From the NCBI GenBank assembly GCA_023265875.1, contig JAHFSF010000001.1:1-47542 (forward strand): a stretch of DNA of 47,542 nt, in the 5' to 3' direction. Each line of letters opens with the position of its first letter. Positions within the stretch are counted from its first letter, which is position 1. Source of the stretch: Gammaproteobacteria bacterium. Its GTDB lineage: Bacteria; Pseudomonadota; Gammaproteobacteria; Steroidobacterales; Steroidobacteraceae. Both the position numbers and the translations under genes were made by a program. This document shows, piece after piece, positions 30,216 through 38,778 of this stretch. The notes beneath the pieces are model-generated. The model made no database searches and was not told the origin of the DNA. It saw only the letters and a program-made list of their open reading frames with translations.

Positions 30216-31263
30216 CGGTGATCCGTGTCGCTCCCGGCAGCGTGGCGACGAAATCCGCACCCATCAGCCGCGCCGGCGTCGTGAATCCCGGTGATACCGC
30301 GCCCATCAGCAACCGCCGGGCGATGGCGACCGCCGCGTCGGCCGTCACCGTATAGCCGTTCGGCACGCGGACCCGCGCCGTCACGATCCGGCCTGCTGCA
30401 TTCCTGGCCTCGCCCCAGACAAAGACCGCGGCCTTTTCCCGCTCGGCGGCGCTCGGGCCGGGCACACCCTTCCGGATCCGCCATTTCATGAATGCCTGCA
30501 ACGCTCGTAGTCGCAGCAGCCAGCCGAGCCGGCCGATGCGGCGCAGATTCGCAAGCGCACGCGGCGAGACCGGCACATAGACCTCGATGTTCGGGATACC
30601 GGTCGTCCGGAATGCCGTGCTGACGTCGCCCCAGGGAATTGCCGCAGCCAGTTTCACGCCGTCGCCGAAATCGATCTGGCGGGTGCGCGCGCCGAAAGCA
30701 ATGGGGCGGATCGCGCCATCCTCGCGCACGCGGCCGCCGCTGCCCAGGCTTTCGACGCTCGTGGATGCGGTGCCGCGACTCATTCTTGAACGGCCGTCGA
30801 AGCCGAGCGCGAGGTGAGTCGCATCCGGCATCGATTGCTTCAGAGTCAATGCGATGCAATCCGTCGGCACGACATCGAAGCCGACGCCCGGGCAGATGAC
30901 GATCCCGGCCTGCCTTGCGGCCGCGTCCTGGCGGAAACCCAGTTCGAAGACCTCGATCTCGCCGGTGATGTCCGTGTAGTGCGCGCGCGCCGCGCGGCAG
31001 GCATCCATCATCGCAGCCGCGGTCGCGGAAAACGGGCCCGCACAATGCAGCACGACACGACTGCCTGCGAGCGCCCTGGCAACTGCCGCGGGATCATCGA
31101 GGCCGAACACCCGCGACTCGCAGCCGAGTTCCCCGGCAAGCGCCTGCACCGGCCCGGCGGACCGCCCGGCCAGGACCGGCGCCAGGCCCCTGGCGACGGC
31201 CGTGCGCGCGATCAATTCGCCCGTATAGCCATTCGCCCCATAGACCAGCAAGCCGTCTGTCAT
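30208..31263 (-). CDS. saccharopine-dehydrogenase-like (SCCPDH / trans-acting enoyl reductase family) NAD(P)-binding protein
   Basis: LLVYGANGYTGELIAR Rossmann motif. ATG 31263 overlaps the stop of the response-regulator gene (ATGA). Confidence 0.75.
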   Translation of the reverse strand: MTDGLLVYGANGYTGELIARTAVARGLAPVLAGRSAGPVQALAGELGCESRVFGLDDPAAVARALAGSRVVLHCAGPFSATAAAMMDACRAARAHYTDITGEIEVFELGFRQDAAARQAGIVICPGVGFDVVPTDCIALTLKQSMPDATHLALGFDGRSRMSRGTASTSVESLGSGGRVREDGAIRPIAFGARTRQIDFGDGVKLAAAIPWGDVSTAFRTTGIPNIEVYVPVSPRALANLRRIGRLGWLLRLRALQAFMKWRIRKGVPGPSAAEREKAAVFVWGEARNAAGRIVTARVRVPNGYTVTADAAVAIARRLLMGAVSPGFTTPARLMGADFVATLPGATRITVG

Positions 31264-32573
31264 CGCGGGATGATGCTGATCTCGATCCGGTTGTTGGACT
31301 GGGCTGCAGCGTTCCACTGGCCCGCCGTCGCCTGCTCTATCGAAGGATATGAGGCAGTCAATCGTTCGCGCGGGCCCGGCACCAGCTCGATCTCGATCGC
31401 GCCACTCGTGCGCCGGCGCACGGAAGCCGCCAGGTTCGCGAAGTCAATCGGCTGCCTGGACACGCCGCTCTGCGTGTCATCGTACGGATTGCCGATCTGC
31501 TCGCACTGCGAGGCCGCGGTGGCGGCGGGCGCGAGCGCGTAACCCTGCTCACCGGCTTCGGACAGGCAGAAGCTCCCGAAGTAGCTCTCCACGCGGACCT
31601 TGCCTTCGATGGCCGAGCGCTCGAGTTGTGCCACCAGCGTGCGCACTGCCTCGAGCCGTATCGGTGCGACCGGTGGCTCGCCGAATGGCACCGACAGCAC
31701 CAGCGGCCGTGGCTCCTGCGCCTGGGTGGATGTGTCGACGGGTGGCCGTTCGCTGACGACACGCCACTTTTCTATGGCTTTCGTCAGCGCATCATTGGAG
31801 GCGGTGACGGCCTCGAAAGCCCGCTTTGCCTGCGCGGTTGCATCCTGCGACTGCCAGTACAGCACGGCGACAATGACCAGCGCCACGAGCGCGGACAGCG
31901 TCGCCGTGATCCAGCCCCAGGGCCGCGCCGCCGGCAGGCCGGTCGCCTGCTCCACGGCTTCTTCCGGCTCCGCCGCTGCCTTCGGCCGTAACTCGGTGAC
32001 GACCCGATGGGTGTAGGTGTCGAGCGTCGAGACCATGAATCGACGCAGCTCGAGGCTCTGCTCCTTCAACATCGCCTCGACCAGGCCGCGCAGGCGCGGA
32101 TCGACAGGCACGGCCGGAAGTCCCTCGACCGCCGCGCCCGCAGCCGCAGGCCAGCCTTCATCGATCGGTTGCAGCGCCGAAGGCTGCCCGTCGCGGCGAT
32201 CCGGCAGCAATTGCAACTGGTACAGCGCCTTGGTCACGTCGATCGGGCGGATCGACTTCGGCAGCACGCCGATCGCACCGGAGGCACGGGCTTCGCCGGC
32301 ATAGAGTTCGCCTTCCTGGGACGTGTACATCATGATCGGGATCGATGCGCGATCGGGGTTGGCCTTGATCTCGCGCACCGCCTGCAGGCCGTTCATGCCG
32401 GGCATCAGGTGATCCATGAAGATCACGTCCGGGTGGTTTCCCCGCAGGTACTCGAGGGCCGCTTCGGCCGAATCCGCTGGATCGACCTCGATCCCGTATT
32501 TCTCGAGCATCCTGCTCAGGACGACCCGCGCCGACTTGGAATCGTCCACCACCAGGGCGCGTCTGGCCGCCAT
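31260..32573 (-). CDS. membrane-anchored response regulator: REC domain - linker - single TM - about 200-aa periplasmic domain
   Basis: ATG 32573 follows GGGAGGA. REC residues are D10/D11, D54 (FMDHLMPGMNG), T84 and K106. TM is WGWITATLSALVALVIVAVLYW (about aa 219-240). The C-terminal domain ends ...AAQSNNRIEISIIPR, which is faintly OmpA-like. Confidence 0.75.
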   Translation of the reverse strand: MAARRALVVDDSKSARVVLSRMLEKYGIEVDPADSAEAALEYLRGNHPDVIFMDHLMPGMNGLQAVREIKANPDRASIPIMMYTSQEGELYAGEARASGAIGVLPKSIRPIDVTKALYQLQLLPDRRDGQPSALQPIDEGWPAAAGAAVEGLPAVPVDPRLRGLVEAMLKEQSLELRRFMVSTLDTYTHRVVTELRPKAAAEPEEAVEQATGLPAARPWGWITATLSALVALVIVAVLYWQSQDATAQAKRAFEAVTASNDALTKAIEKWRVVSERPPVDTSTQAQEPRPLVLSVPFGEPPVAPIRLEAVRTLVAQLERSAIEGKVRVESYFGSFCLSEAGEQGYALAPAATAASQCEQIGNPYDDTQSGVSRQPIDFANLAASVRRRTSGAIEIELVPGPRERLTASYPSIEQATAGQWNAAAQSNNRIEISIIPR

Positions 32574-32617
32574 CCGGATCCTCCCACCTAGACTTGCAGA
32601 GTGTAACGCAGCCCGGT

Positions 32618-33391
32618 TCAGTGTTTCAGCCGATAGCCGGTCCTGAAGATCAACGCCACCAGCGCCAGGCAGGCCAGCAGGAATACCAGCGTCATCGCAA
32701 GACTGACGGAGACGCCGACATCGGAGGTGCCGAAGAAGCTCCAGCGGAAGCCGCTGATCAGGTACACGACGGGGTTGAACAACGTCACCGTGCGCCAGGC
32801 CGGCGGCAGCATGTCGATCGAGTAGAAGGCGCCGCCAAGGAAAGTCATCGGCGTCACGACCAGCGTGGGTATCAGCTGCATCTGCTCCCAGTTCTTCGCC
32901 CAGATGCCGATGATGAAGCCGAACAGGCTGAACGTGACCGCCGTCAGGGCCATGAACGCGATCATCCAGGCCGGGTGCAGGATGCCGATCGGCACGAAGA
33001 ACGAGGCCGTCGCCAGGATGATCAAGCCGAGCAGGAATGATTTCGTCGCGGCCGCGCCCACGTAGCCGAGCACGATCTCGAATGGCGACACCGGTGCGGA
33101 CAGCAATTCGAAGATGGTGCCGGTGAACTTCGGGAAGTGAATGCCGAATGAGGCGTTCGAGATGCTCTCGGTGAACAGGGACAGCATGATGAGCCCGGGC
33201 ACGATGAAGGCGCCGTAAGGCACGCCATTGACCTCGCTCATGCGTCCGCCGATGGCCGCACCGAACACGACGACGAAGAGTGAAGTCGTGATGACGGGTG
33301 TCAGCACGCTCTGCAGCAGCGTGCGCAGGAACCGCGCCATCTCGAAGCGGTAGATCGCCCAGGTGCCATGACGATTGAAGGCGACGCTCAT
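32618..33391 (-). CDS. ABC-2 type transporter permease (divergent YadH paralog)
   Basis: 6-TM ABC-2 permease, collinear with 38779..39591 (e.g. [15 protein letters not shown] vs FIAPGLIMMSVITNS; [17 protein letters not shown] vs TPMTYLGGVFYSVSLLP). Confidence 0.8.
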   Translation of the reverse strand: MSVAFNRHGTWAIYRFEMARFLRTLLQSVLTPVITTSLFVVVFGAAIGGRMSEVNGVPYGAFIVPGLIMLSLFTESISNASFGIHFPKFTGTIFELLSAPVSPFEIVLGYVGAAATKSFLLGLIILATASFFVPIGILHPAWMIAFMALTAVTFSLFGFIIGIWAKNWEQMQLIPTLVVTPMTFLGGAFYSIDMLPPAWRTVTLFNPVVYLISGFRWSFFGTSDVGVSVSLAMTLVFLLACLALVALIFRTGYRLKH

Positions 33392-34326
33392 TGCAGTGCC
33401 GTCGCACGGTCGCTGACGAGACTGACGAAGATTTCCTCCAGCGAACTCTGCTTCGTGTTCAGGTCCCTGTAATTGATCCCGAGTTGCTCCAGTTTGCGCA
33501 GCAGGGCCGGGATGCCGGTGTGCTCCTCGACCGCATCGAACGTGAATTCCAGCTCATGGCCATTCGCGTTCAGCGCCAGCGACCACTCGCCCAGTTCGGT
33601 CGGGATTGCCGCAAGGGGCTCCTGGAGGTTGAGCGTCAGCTGCCGCTTGCCGAGCTTCTTCATGAGCCGGGCCTTGTCCTCGACGAGGATCAGCTCGCCG
33701 TGATTGATGACGCCGATGCGGTCCGCCATTTCCTCCGCCTCGTCGATATAGTGCGTCGTCAGGATGATGGTGACGCCCTGGTCCCGCAGGCGACGCACCA
33801 GCCCCCACATGTCGCGGCGCAGCTCCACGTCGACTCCGGCAGTGGGCTCGTCCAGGAACAGGATCCGCGGCTCGTGGGACAGGGCCTTCGCGATCATGAC
33901 CCGGCGCTTCATGCCACCGGAGAGCGTCATCATGATGTCGTTGCGACGGTCCCAGAGGGACAGGTCGCGCAGCACCTTTTCCACGTGCCGGGGATCCGGG
34001 GCATGGCCAAAGAGCCCGCGGCTGAAGCTCGCGGCTGCCCGGACGGTTTCGAAGGCTTCGGTCACCAGTTCCTGGGGCACCAGCCCGATGCGCGACCTGG
34101 CGGCACGGTAGTCGCGCACGATGTCATGGCCGTCCACGAGCACCCGGCCCGACGTGGGCGTGACGATCCCGCAGACGATGTTGATGAGCGTCGTCTTGCC
34201 GGCACCGTTCGGCCCGAGCAAGGCGAAGATCTCGCCTTCGCGGATATCGAGGTCGATGCGCTTCAGCGCATCGCCACCGGTTGCATACCGCTTGGTCAGG
34301 CCCGCAATGGAGACGATCGCGCGCAC
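33388..34326 (-). CDS. ABC transporter ATP-binding protein (YadG paralog)
   Basis: Walker [10 protein letters not shown], signature LSGGMKRR, Walker [15 protein letters not shown] start. The stop overlaps the permease ATG (ATGA). Confidence 0.85.
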   Translation of the reverse strand: MRAIVSIAGLTKRYATGGDALKRIDLDIREGEIFALLGPNGAGKTTLINIVCGIVTPTSGRVLVDGHDIVRDYRAARSRIGLVPQELVTEAFETVRAAASFSRGLFGHAPDPRHVEKVLRDLSLWDRRNDIMMTLSGGMKRRVMIAKALSHEPRILFLDEPTAGVDVELRRDMWGLVRRLRDQGVTIILTTHYIDEAEEMADRIGVINHGELILVEDKARLMKKLGKRQLTLNLQEPLAAIPTELGEWSLALNANGHELEFTFDAVEEHTGIPALLRKLEQLGINYRDLNTKQSSLEEIFVSLVSDRATALQ

Positions 34327-34426
34327 ACGACTATTTTACAGTCTCTTGCGGCGCCAGAGCGATCACGGCGCAGGCTCCGCGTGACGCATCTCGAGTTCGC
34401 TGCCGTGTTTCAGCACGAATCGCATG

Positions 34427-34786
34427 TCAGAGCTCGACGATGGCCCTGAATCCGCCCCAAAACATCCTTTTACCGTCGAATGGCATTGCCTTCGGGTTCA
34501 TCATCTTCGCAAGCCGCGGATCCTTCATCACCTTCGCAGTGATGCGATCCCGGTCCCGGCGCGATTTGTAGACGATGAAGGAAAACACGACCGTCTCGCC
34601 CTGCTTCAGCTTGACGGCCTGCGGGAACGACGTGACCTTGCCGGGTTTCACGTCGTCCGCGGCGCATTCGGTGAATGAAACGGCGCCATGTTCGCGCCAG
34701 ACCTTGCCAGCCTTGCGCGCCATGCGACGGTACGCCGCGACGTTTCGCTTCGGAACCGGTACCACGAAACCATCAACGTAATGCAT
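34427..34786 (-). CDS. DUF1428 domain-containing protein
   Basis: MHYVDGFVVPVPKRNVAAYRRMARKAGKVWREHGA... is characteristic of the DUF1428 family. Confidence 0.75.
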   Translation of the reverse strand: MHYVDGFVVPVPKRNVAAYRRMARKAGKVWREHGAVSFTECAADDVKPGKVTSFPQAVKLKQGETVVFSFIVYKSRRDRDRITAKVMKDPRLAKMMNPKAMPFDGKRMFWGGFRAIVEL

Positions 34787-35108
34787 TTATCTCTCCTGGA
34801 GCGTCTTGAGGACAGGGTGTTCCGCCATGAACATCTCGTCAGCGGGGCGAACTTCAAAGCTCCCCATGCGGATGCCTGGGTGCCGCGTCATAAGCCGGAT
34901 CGCCTCGTCCTTGTTTGTTGCTTCGAGTATCAGGATACCGCCCAGCTGTTCTTTCGTCTCGGCGAATGGCCCGTCGGTGACCGATGCGTTGCCGTTCATC
35001 CATCGAACCGTCGTGGCTGTCTGCACGCCCTGCAGCGCTTCGCCGCCCGCGAAGTGCCCATCCTTGCGCAGATCGACATTGTAGGTATCCGAGGCAGATG
35101 AACTTCAT
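34787..35108 (-). pseudogene. YciI-like (DGPF-domain) gene disrupted by an internal out-of-frame deletion
   Basis: ATG 35108 with AAGGAGAA SD encodes MKFICLGY and then runs out of frame. The frame of ORF 34787..35026 encodes [55 protein letters not shown]... About 23 family-conserved residues between these segments are missing. The junction is near 35084. Confidence 0.6.
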
Positions 35109-35269
35109 GGGGTTCTCCTTCGGTCCGGGACCCGTCCCGCGAAACCGTTCGACCGTTCCCAGCCTTGCGCCGGGAATCCGCAAAGCGATATTGCCACCGA
35201 CATACGTGTTGGTGCCACCCTGGCGCATGCGCAGTTGACGGCGGCAGTGTCGCGGACGTTAATGTCCGG

Positions 35270-37378
35270 GTGAGCGTGATTCCCCTGCGCAAGCTGTGCG
35301 TCGCGGTCGTCCTGATCGCAGGGGCATCCCCTGCCCTTGCTGCGGGCAAGGCGACACTCACTGCTCGCGAGGTCGAGTTCGAAGGCCTCGGCTTCCGCGA
35401 TCTCCAGCTGACCTGGTCCGCGGCGCGTGATCACGCGAACCACGTCACGGTGCACGCCGGCCGCATCGAGGGCCCGGACGCAATCGGCCCGTTATCAGGG
35501 CTCGCCATCGACTGCGCGGTACTCGAGGTCTCGGGCGACCTGTTGAACTGCAGCAAGGGCCGTCTGTCCGGCGCGCTCGGCTCGCTGGGCGGCCAGGACA
35601 CGAACTTCAGCGCGCGCACCCGGCCTGACGGCAGCCTGAAGCTGCATCTCGACGCTCTCGCATTCGCCGGCGGACGAGCCATCGTTGACCTGCGGCTGGA
35701 CGGATCCCGCTGGCGCATGAATTCCACGCTCGCGGACATCGATCTCGAAGCGCTCGCGCAGCTCGCGCGGCCATGGTTCCAGTTGCCGGACGGCTACACG
35801 GTCGCCGGTCGAGCGTCGGGCCAGGCACAGGCAAGCGGCCAGCGCGACAAGGTCGGCTCACTCGACACCGACATCGCGATTGCACGACTGGATTTTTCCG
35901 ATGCGGCCGGCACGCAGGCCGGCGAAGCGCTCGGCGGGCGGTTGCACCTGAAACTCGAAACTGAAGCCTCCGGCGAGTTCGCGACGACCGGCACCCTCGG
36001 CCTTGCGGGCGGCCAGGCTTACAGCGATCCCGTGTTCCTGGACTTCGGCGCCCATCGCATGGACATCGACTTCAGCGGCAGGCTCGCGGCGGATGCCAAG
36101 CGCTTCGATGCAAGCGGGTTCTCGCTGGTCCATGCAGGCGTCGCCAGGGTCTCCGGTTCCGCCGCGTTCGATTTCGCGGCCGAATCGCTGTTGCAGGATG
36201 CAAAGCTGCACATTGCCGGGCTCGACCTTGCAACCGCGCTCCCTGTCTACATTCAGCCATACCTCATTGCCACTTCCCTCAAGGATGTCGAGGGACAGGG
36301 CAACGTCCACGGCGATGTCGAGATCACGGCGGCCTCACCGAGCCGGATTTCGCTGATGCTCGAGCGGGTGATCCTGGACAGCCCGACCGGCTCGCTTTCC
36401 GTCAGCGGGCTCGGCGGCGACTTCAACTGGTTCGACGACGACAACTACAGCCGGCTCGCCGGCAAGATCGATGATGCCGCCTTCCATTCGCGCCTGGCCT
36501 GGGAATCGGCGAGCCTCTGGGGCATCGAGATCGGCGCCGTAGAATTGCCGTTCACGACCAGCGGCCGCCACTTCCGCTTGCTGGAGCCGGCATTCCTCCC
36601 GATCTTCGACGGCGGTCTCGCCATCGAGACCCTGCGCGTGCGCCATGCCGGCACCGGGCAGATGTACGTGCGATTCGACGCCGGCGTGCGCCCGATCAGC
36701 ATGGCGCTCCTGAGTCGAAGCCTTGGATGGCCGGAATTCTCAGGCACGCTCGCCGGCAGCATCCCGGCGCTGACGATGTCACAGGGAATCGTGACGCTCG
36801 GCGGTAATCTCGAGGCCGCCGTATTCGACGGCCGCATCGTCGCCCGTGACCTGCAGCTTCGCGATCCCCTGGGCAAGTTCCCGCGCCTGTACGCCAGCAT
36901 CGACGTGGACAACCTGGACCTGAAACTCGTAACCAGGACGTTTTCATTCGGAACGATTACGGGGCGCCTGTCCGGCCGCATCGAGGATCTCGAGACCTTC
37001 AACTGGATGCCCGAGTCTTTCGACGCGCGCTTCTACACCCCTCCAGGAGACGAGTCACCACACCGGATCAGCCAGCGTGCGGTCACCAATCTTTCGAGCA
37101 TCGGCGGTGGCAGCGGCGGCGGCGTCGCGGCGGCGTTGCAGAGCGGATTCCTGAAATTCTTCGACAATTTCCGTTATGACCGCCTTGGCCTGAATTGCCG
37201 CCTTGTCAATGACGTCTGCATGATGAGTGGCGTTGAACGCGTTGGCGGCGGCTACTACATCGTCAAGGGATCGGGGCTGCCCCGCATAAACGTCGTCGGC
37301 AGCCAGTCCCGTGTCGCCTGGACGCGGCTCGTGCGCCAGCTCGCAAATATCATGGAATCCGGGATCGTGATCGAGTGA
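35270..37378 (+). CDS. ydbH: YdbH-like AsmA-family intermembrane lipid-transport protein
   Basis: About 700-aa protein with an N-terminal anchor (SVIPLRKLCVAVVLIAGASPALA) and a long beta-rich body. It is followed by a YnbE/YdbL-like gene, as in the E. coli ydbH-ynbE-ydbL operon. GTG 35270 start is uncertain. Confidence 0.6.
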   Translation: MSVIPLRKLCVAVVLIAGASPALAAGKATLTAREVEFEGLGFRDLQLTWSAARDHANHVTVHAGRIEGPDAIGPLSGLAIDCAVLEVSGDLLNCSKGRLSGALGSLGGQDTNFSARTRPDGSLKLHLDALAFAGGRAIVDLRLDGSRWRMNSTLADIDLEALAQLARPWFQLPDGYTVAGRASGQAQASGQRDKVGSLDTDIAIARLDFSDAAGTQAGEALGGRLHLKLETEASGEFATTGTLGLAGGQAYSDPVFLDFGAHRMDIDFSGRLAADAKRFDASGFSLVHAGVARVSGSAAFDFAAESLLQDAKLHIAGLDLATALPVYIQPYLIATSLKDVEGQGNVHGDVEITAASPSRISLMLERVILDSPTGSLSVSGLGGDFNWFDDDNYSRLAGKIDDAAFHSRLAWESASLWGIEIGAVELPFTTSGRHFRLLEPAFLPIFDGGLAIETLRVRHAGTGQMYVRFDAGVRPISMALLSRSLGWPEFSGTLAGSIPALTMSQGIVTLGGNLEAAVFDGRIVARDLQLRDPLGKFPRLYASIDVDNLDLKLVTRTFSFGTITGRLSGRIEDLETFNWMPESFDARFYTPPGDESPHRISQRAVTNLSSIGGGSGGGVAAALQSGFLKFFDNFRYDRLGLNCRLVNDVCMMSGVERVGGGYYIVKGSGLPRINVVGSQSRVAWTRLVRQLANIMESGIVIE

Positions 37379-37473
37379 AGCTGCCAGGTGCGCTAGAATC
37401 CGTTCAGGAAAGGTTCAGCCGCCGGCCGCGAGGATGGCTCATGGCCGGCATCCGTGTCGAAGGAGGATTGGGC

Positions 37474-38079
37474 ATGAAGCGCTGGATAAACGCTGGTATC
37501 GCCACGGGCTGCCTGGCGCTCGCCGCCTGCGTGACGATCAATGTCTATTTCCCCGCAGCCGCGGCCGAGAAAGCGGCCGACCGGATCATCGAGGACATCT
37601 GGGGCCCGAGCGACGCGGAAAAGCCGCAGGCGAAAGAGCAATCGTCTCTCTCGGCACCTGCTGGCGGCGTGATGCTGGCCGCAGCGCAGGGTGTGCTCGA
37701 TTTCCTGATCCCGGTTGCAAGTGCCCAGGCCGATATCGACATTTCGAGCCCGGCCATCCGTGCGCTGACAGCGTCGATGAAGGGTCGTGCCCACGACCTC
37801 GAACCGTTCTTCGATTCCGGCGCGATTGGCCTCACATCGGACGGCCTCGTCGAGCTGCGCGACGCGAACTCGGTGCCGCTTGTGGACCGCAACCGCGCGC
37901 GCAAGCTGGTCAGCGATGAAAATGCCGACCGCAACGCGCTTTACCGGGAAATCGCGAACGCGAATGACCACCCCGATTGGGAGTCCGACATCCGCGGCAC
38001 ATTCGCCGATCGCTGGATCGCGAATGCGCACGCCGGTTGGTATTACAAGAAGGGCAGCGGCGACTGGGTCCGGAAGTAA
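37474..38079 (+). CDS. lipoprotein combining a YnbE-like N-terminal segment with a YdbL (DUF1318) domain
   Basis: ATG follows AGGAGG. Lipobox LALAAC (Cys19) is followed directly by VTINVYFPA (cf. YnbE ITINMNVKI). The C-terminal ENADRNALYREIANANDHP...GWYYKKGSGDWVRK matches the YdbL/DUF1318 ending ...GKWVRK. Confidence 0.6.
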   Translation: MKRWINAGIATGCLALAACVTINVYFPAAAAEKAADRIIEDIWGPSDAEKPQAKEQSSLSAPAGGVMLAAAQGVLDFLIPVASAQADIDISSPAIRALTASMKGRAHDLEPFFDSGAIGLTSDGLVELRDANSVPLVDRNRARKLVSDENADRNALYREIANANDHPDWESDIRGTFADRWIANAHAGWYYKKGSGDWVRK

Positions 38080-38087
38080 CCGGGCGC

Positions 38088-38774
38088 TCAGGCGCCGGCG
38101 CCCGGGCGCTCCGGCTCGATCAGTTTGGGCCCGTCGTTCCTTGGCGCATTGACGAGCCGGCTGACCGGCCACGCCTGCAGTGCCTCGCTCCTGAATGGCC
38201 CGAGCATCTGCGACAGCCTCGCGGCGTCCGCGTAGGCCGGGTCCAGCCAGCGGTCCCAGTCCTGTTCCGCCAGTAGCGCCGGCATCCGGTCGTGAATCCG
38301 TCGTATGGACTCAGATGCGTCCGTCGTCACGATCGTGCAGGACTCCAGCGGCGATTCAGCGGCCGGATCCTTCCAGCGCTCCCACAGTCCTGCGAATGCA
38401 ATCGGTCGCCCATCACCCATGCGGATGAACCAGGGCTGCTTGCCACCCGGTGCAACCTGCCATTCGTACCAGCCGTCGGCCAGCACCAGGCAGCGGCGGC
38501 GCTTGAAGGCATCGCGGTAGGCGGGTTTCCCGGCCAGCGTCTCGGCGCGGGCGTTGATCATGCGGCTGCCGATCGCCCGTTCTTTGGCCCAGCGCGGCAC
38601 CAGCCCCCAGTGCAGCATCGCGAATTCCCGCACGCCGCCACCGGCGATGCGCACTGCCGGCACCGGCTGGGTCGGGGCGATGTTGTAGCGGGGTGCAAGT
38701 TCCGGCATGGCGTCGAGCGCGAAAGTCCGCTTTACCGCCTCAGCCGGCGAGAAGAACGCATAACGCCCGCACAT
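38088..38774 (-). CDS. yedK: SOS-response-associated peptidase (SRAP, abasic-site crosslinking protein)
   Basis: MCGRYAFF N-terminal catalytic Cys2, NIAPTQ, and MINARAETL motifs. Confidence 0.9.
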   Translation of the reverse strand: MCGRYAFFSPAEAVKRTFALDAMPELAPRYNIAPTQPVPAVRIAGGGVREFAMLHWGLVPRWAKERAIGSRMINARAETLAGKPAYRDAFKRRRCLVLADGWYEWQVAPGGKQPWFIRMGDGRPIAFAGLWERWKDPAAESPLESCTIVTTDASESIRRIHDRMPALLAEQDWDRWLDPAYADAARLSQMLGPFRSEALQAWPVSRLVNAPRNDGPKLIEPERPGAGA

Positions 38775-38778
38775 CGCC

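Noticed and set aside
32574-33407. The N-terminal 278-codon extension of ORF 31260..33407 (which would give a 715-aa response regulator).
   Set aside because: It overlaps the ABC-2 permease gene in another frame. A strong SD (GGGAGGA) precedes the internal ATG 32573, where the receiver domain begins.
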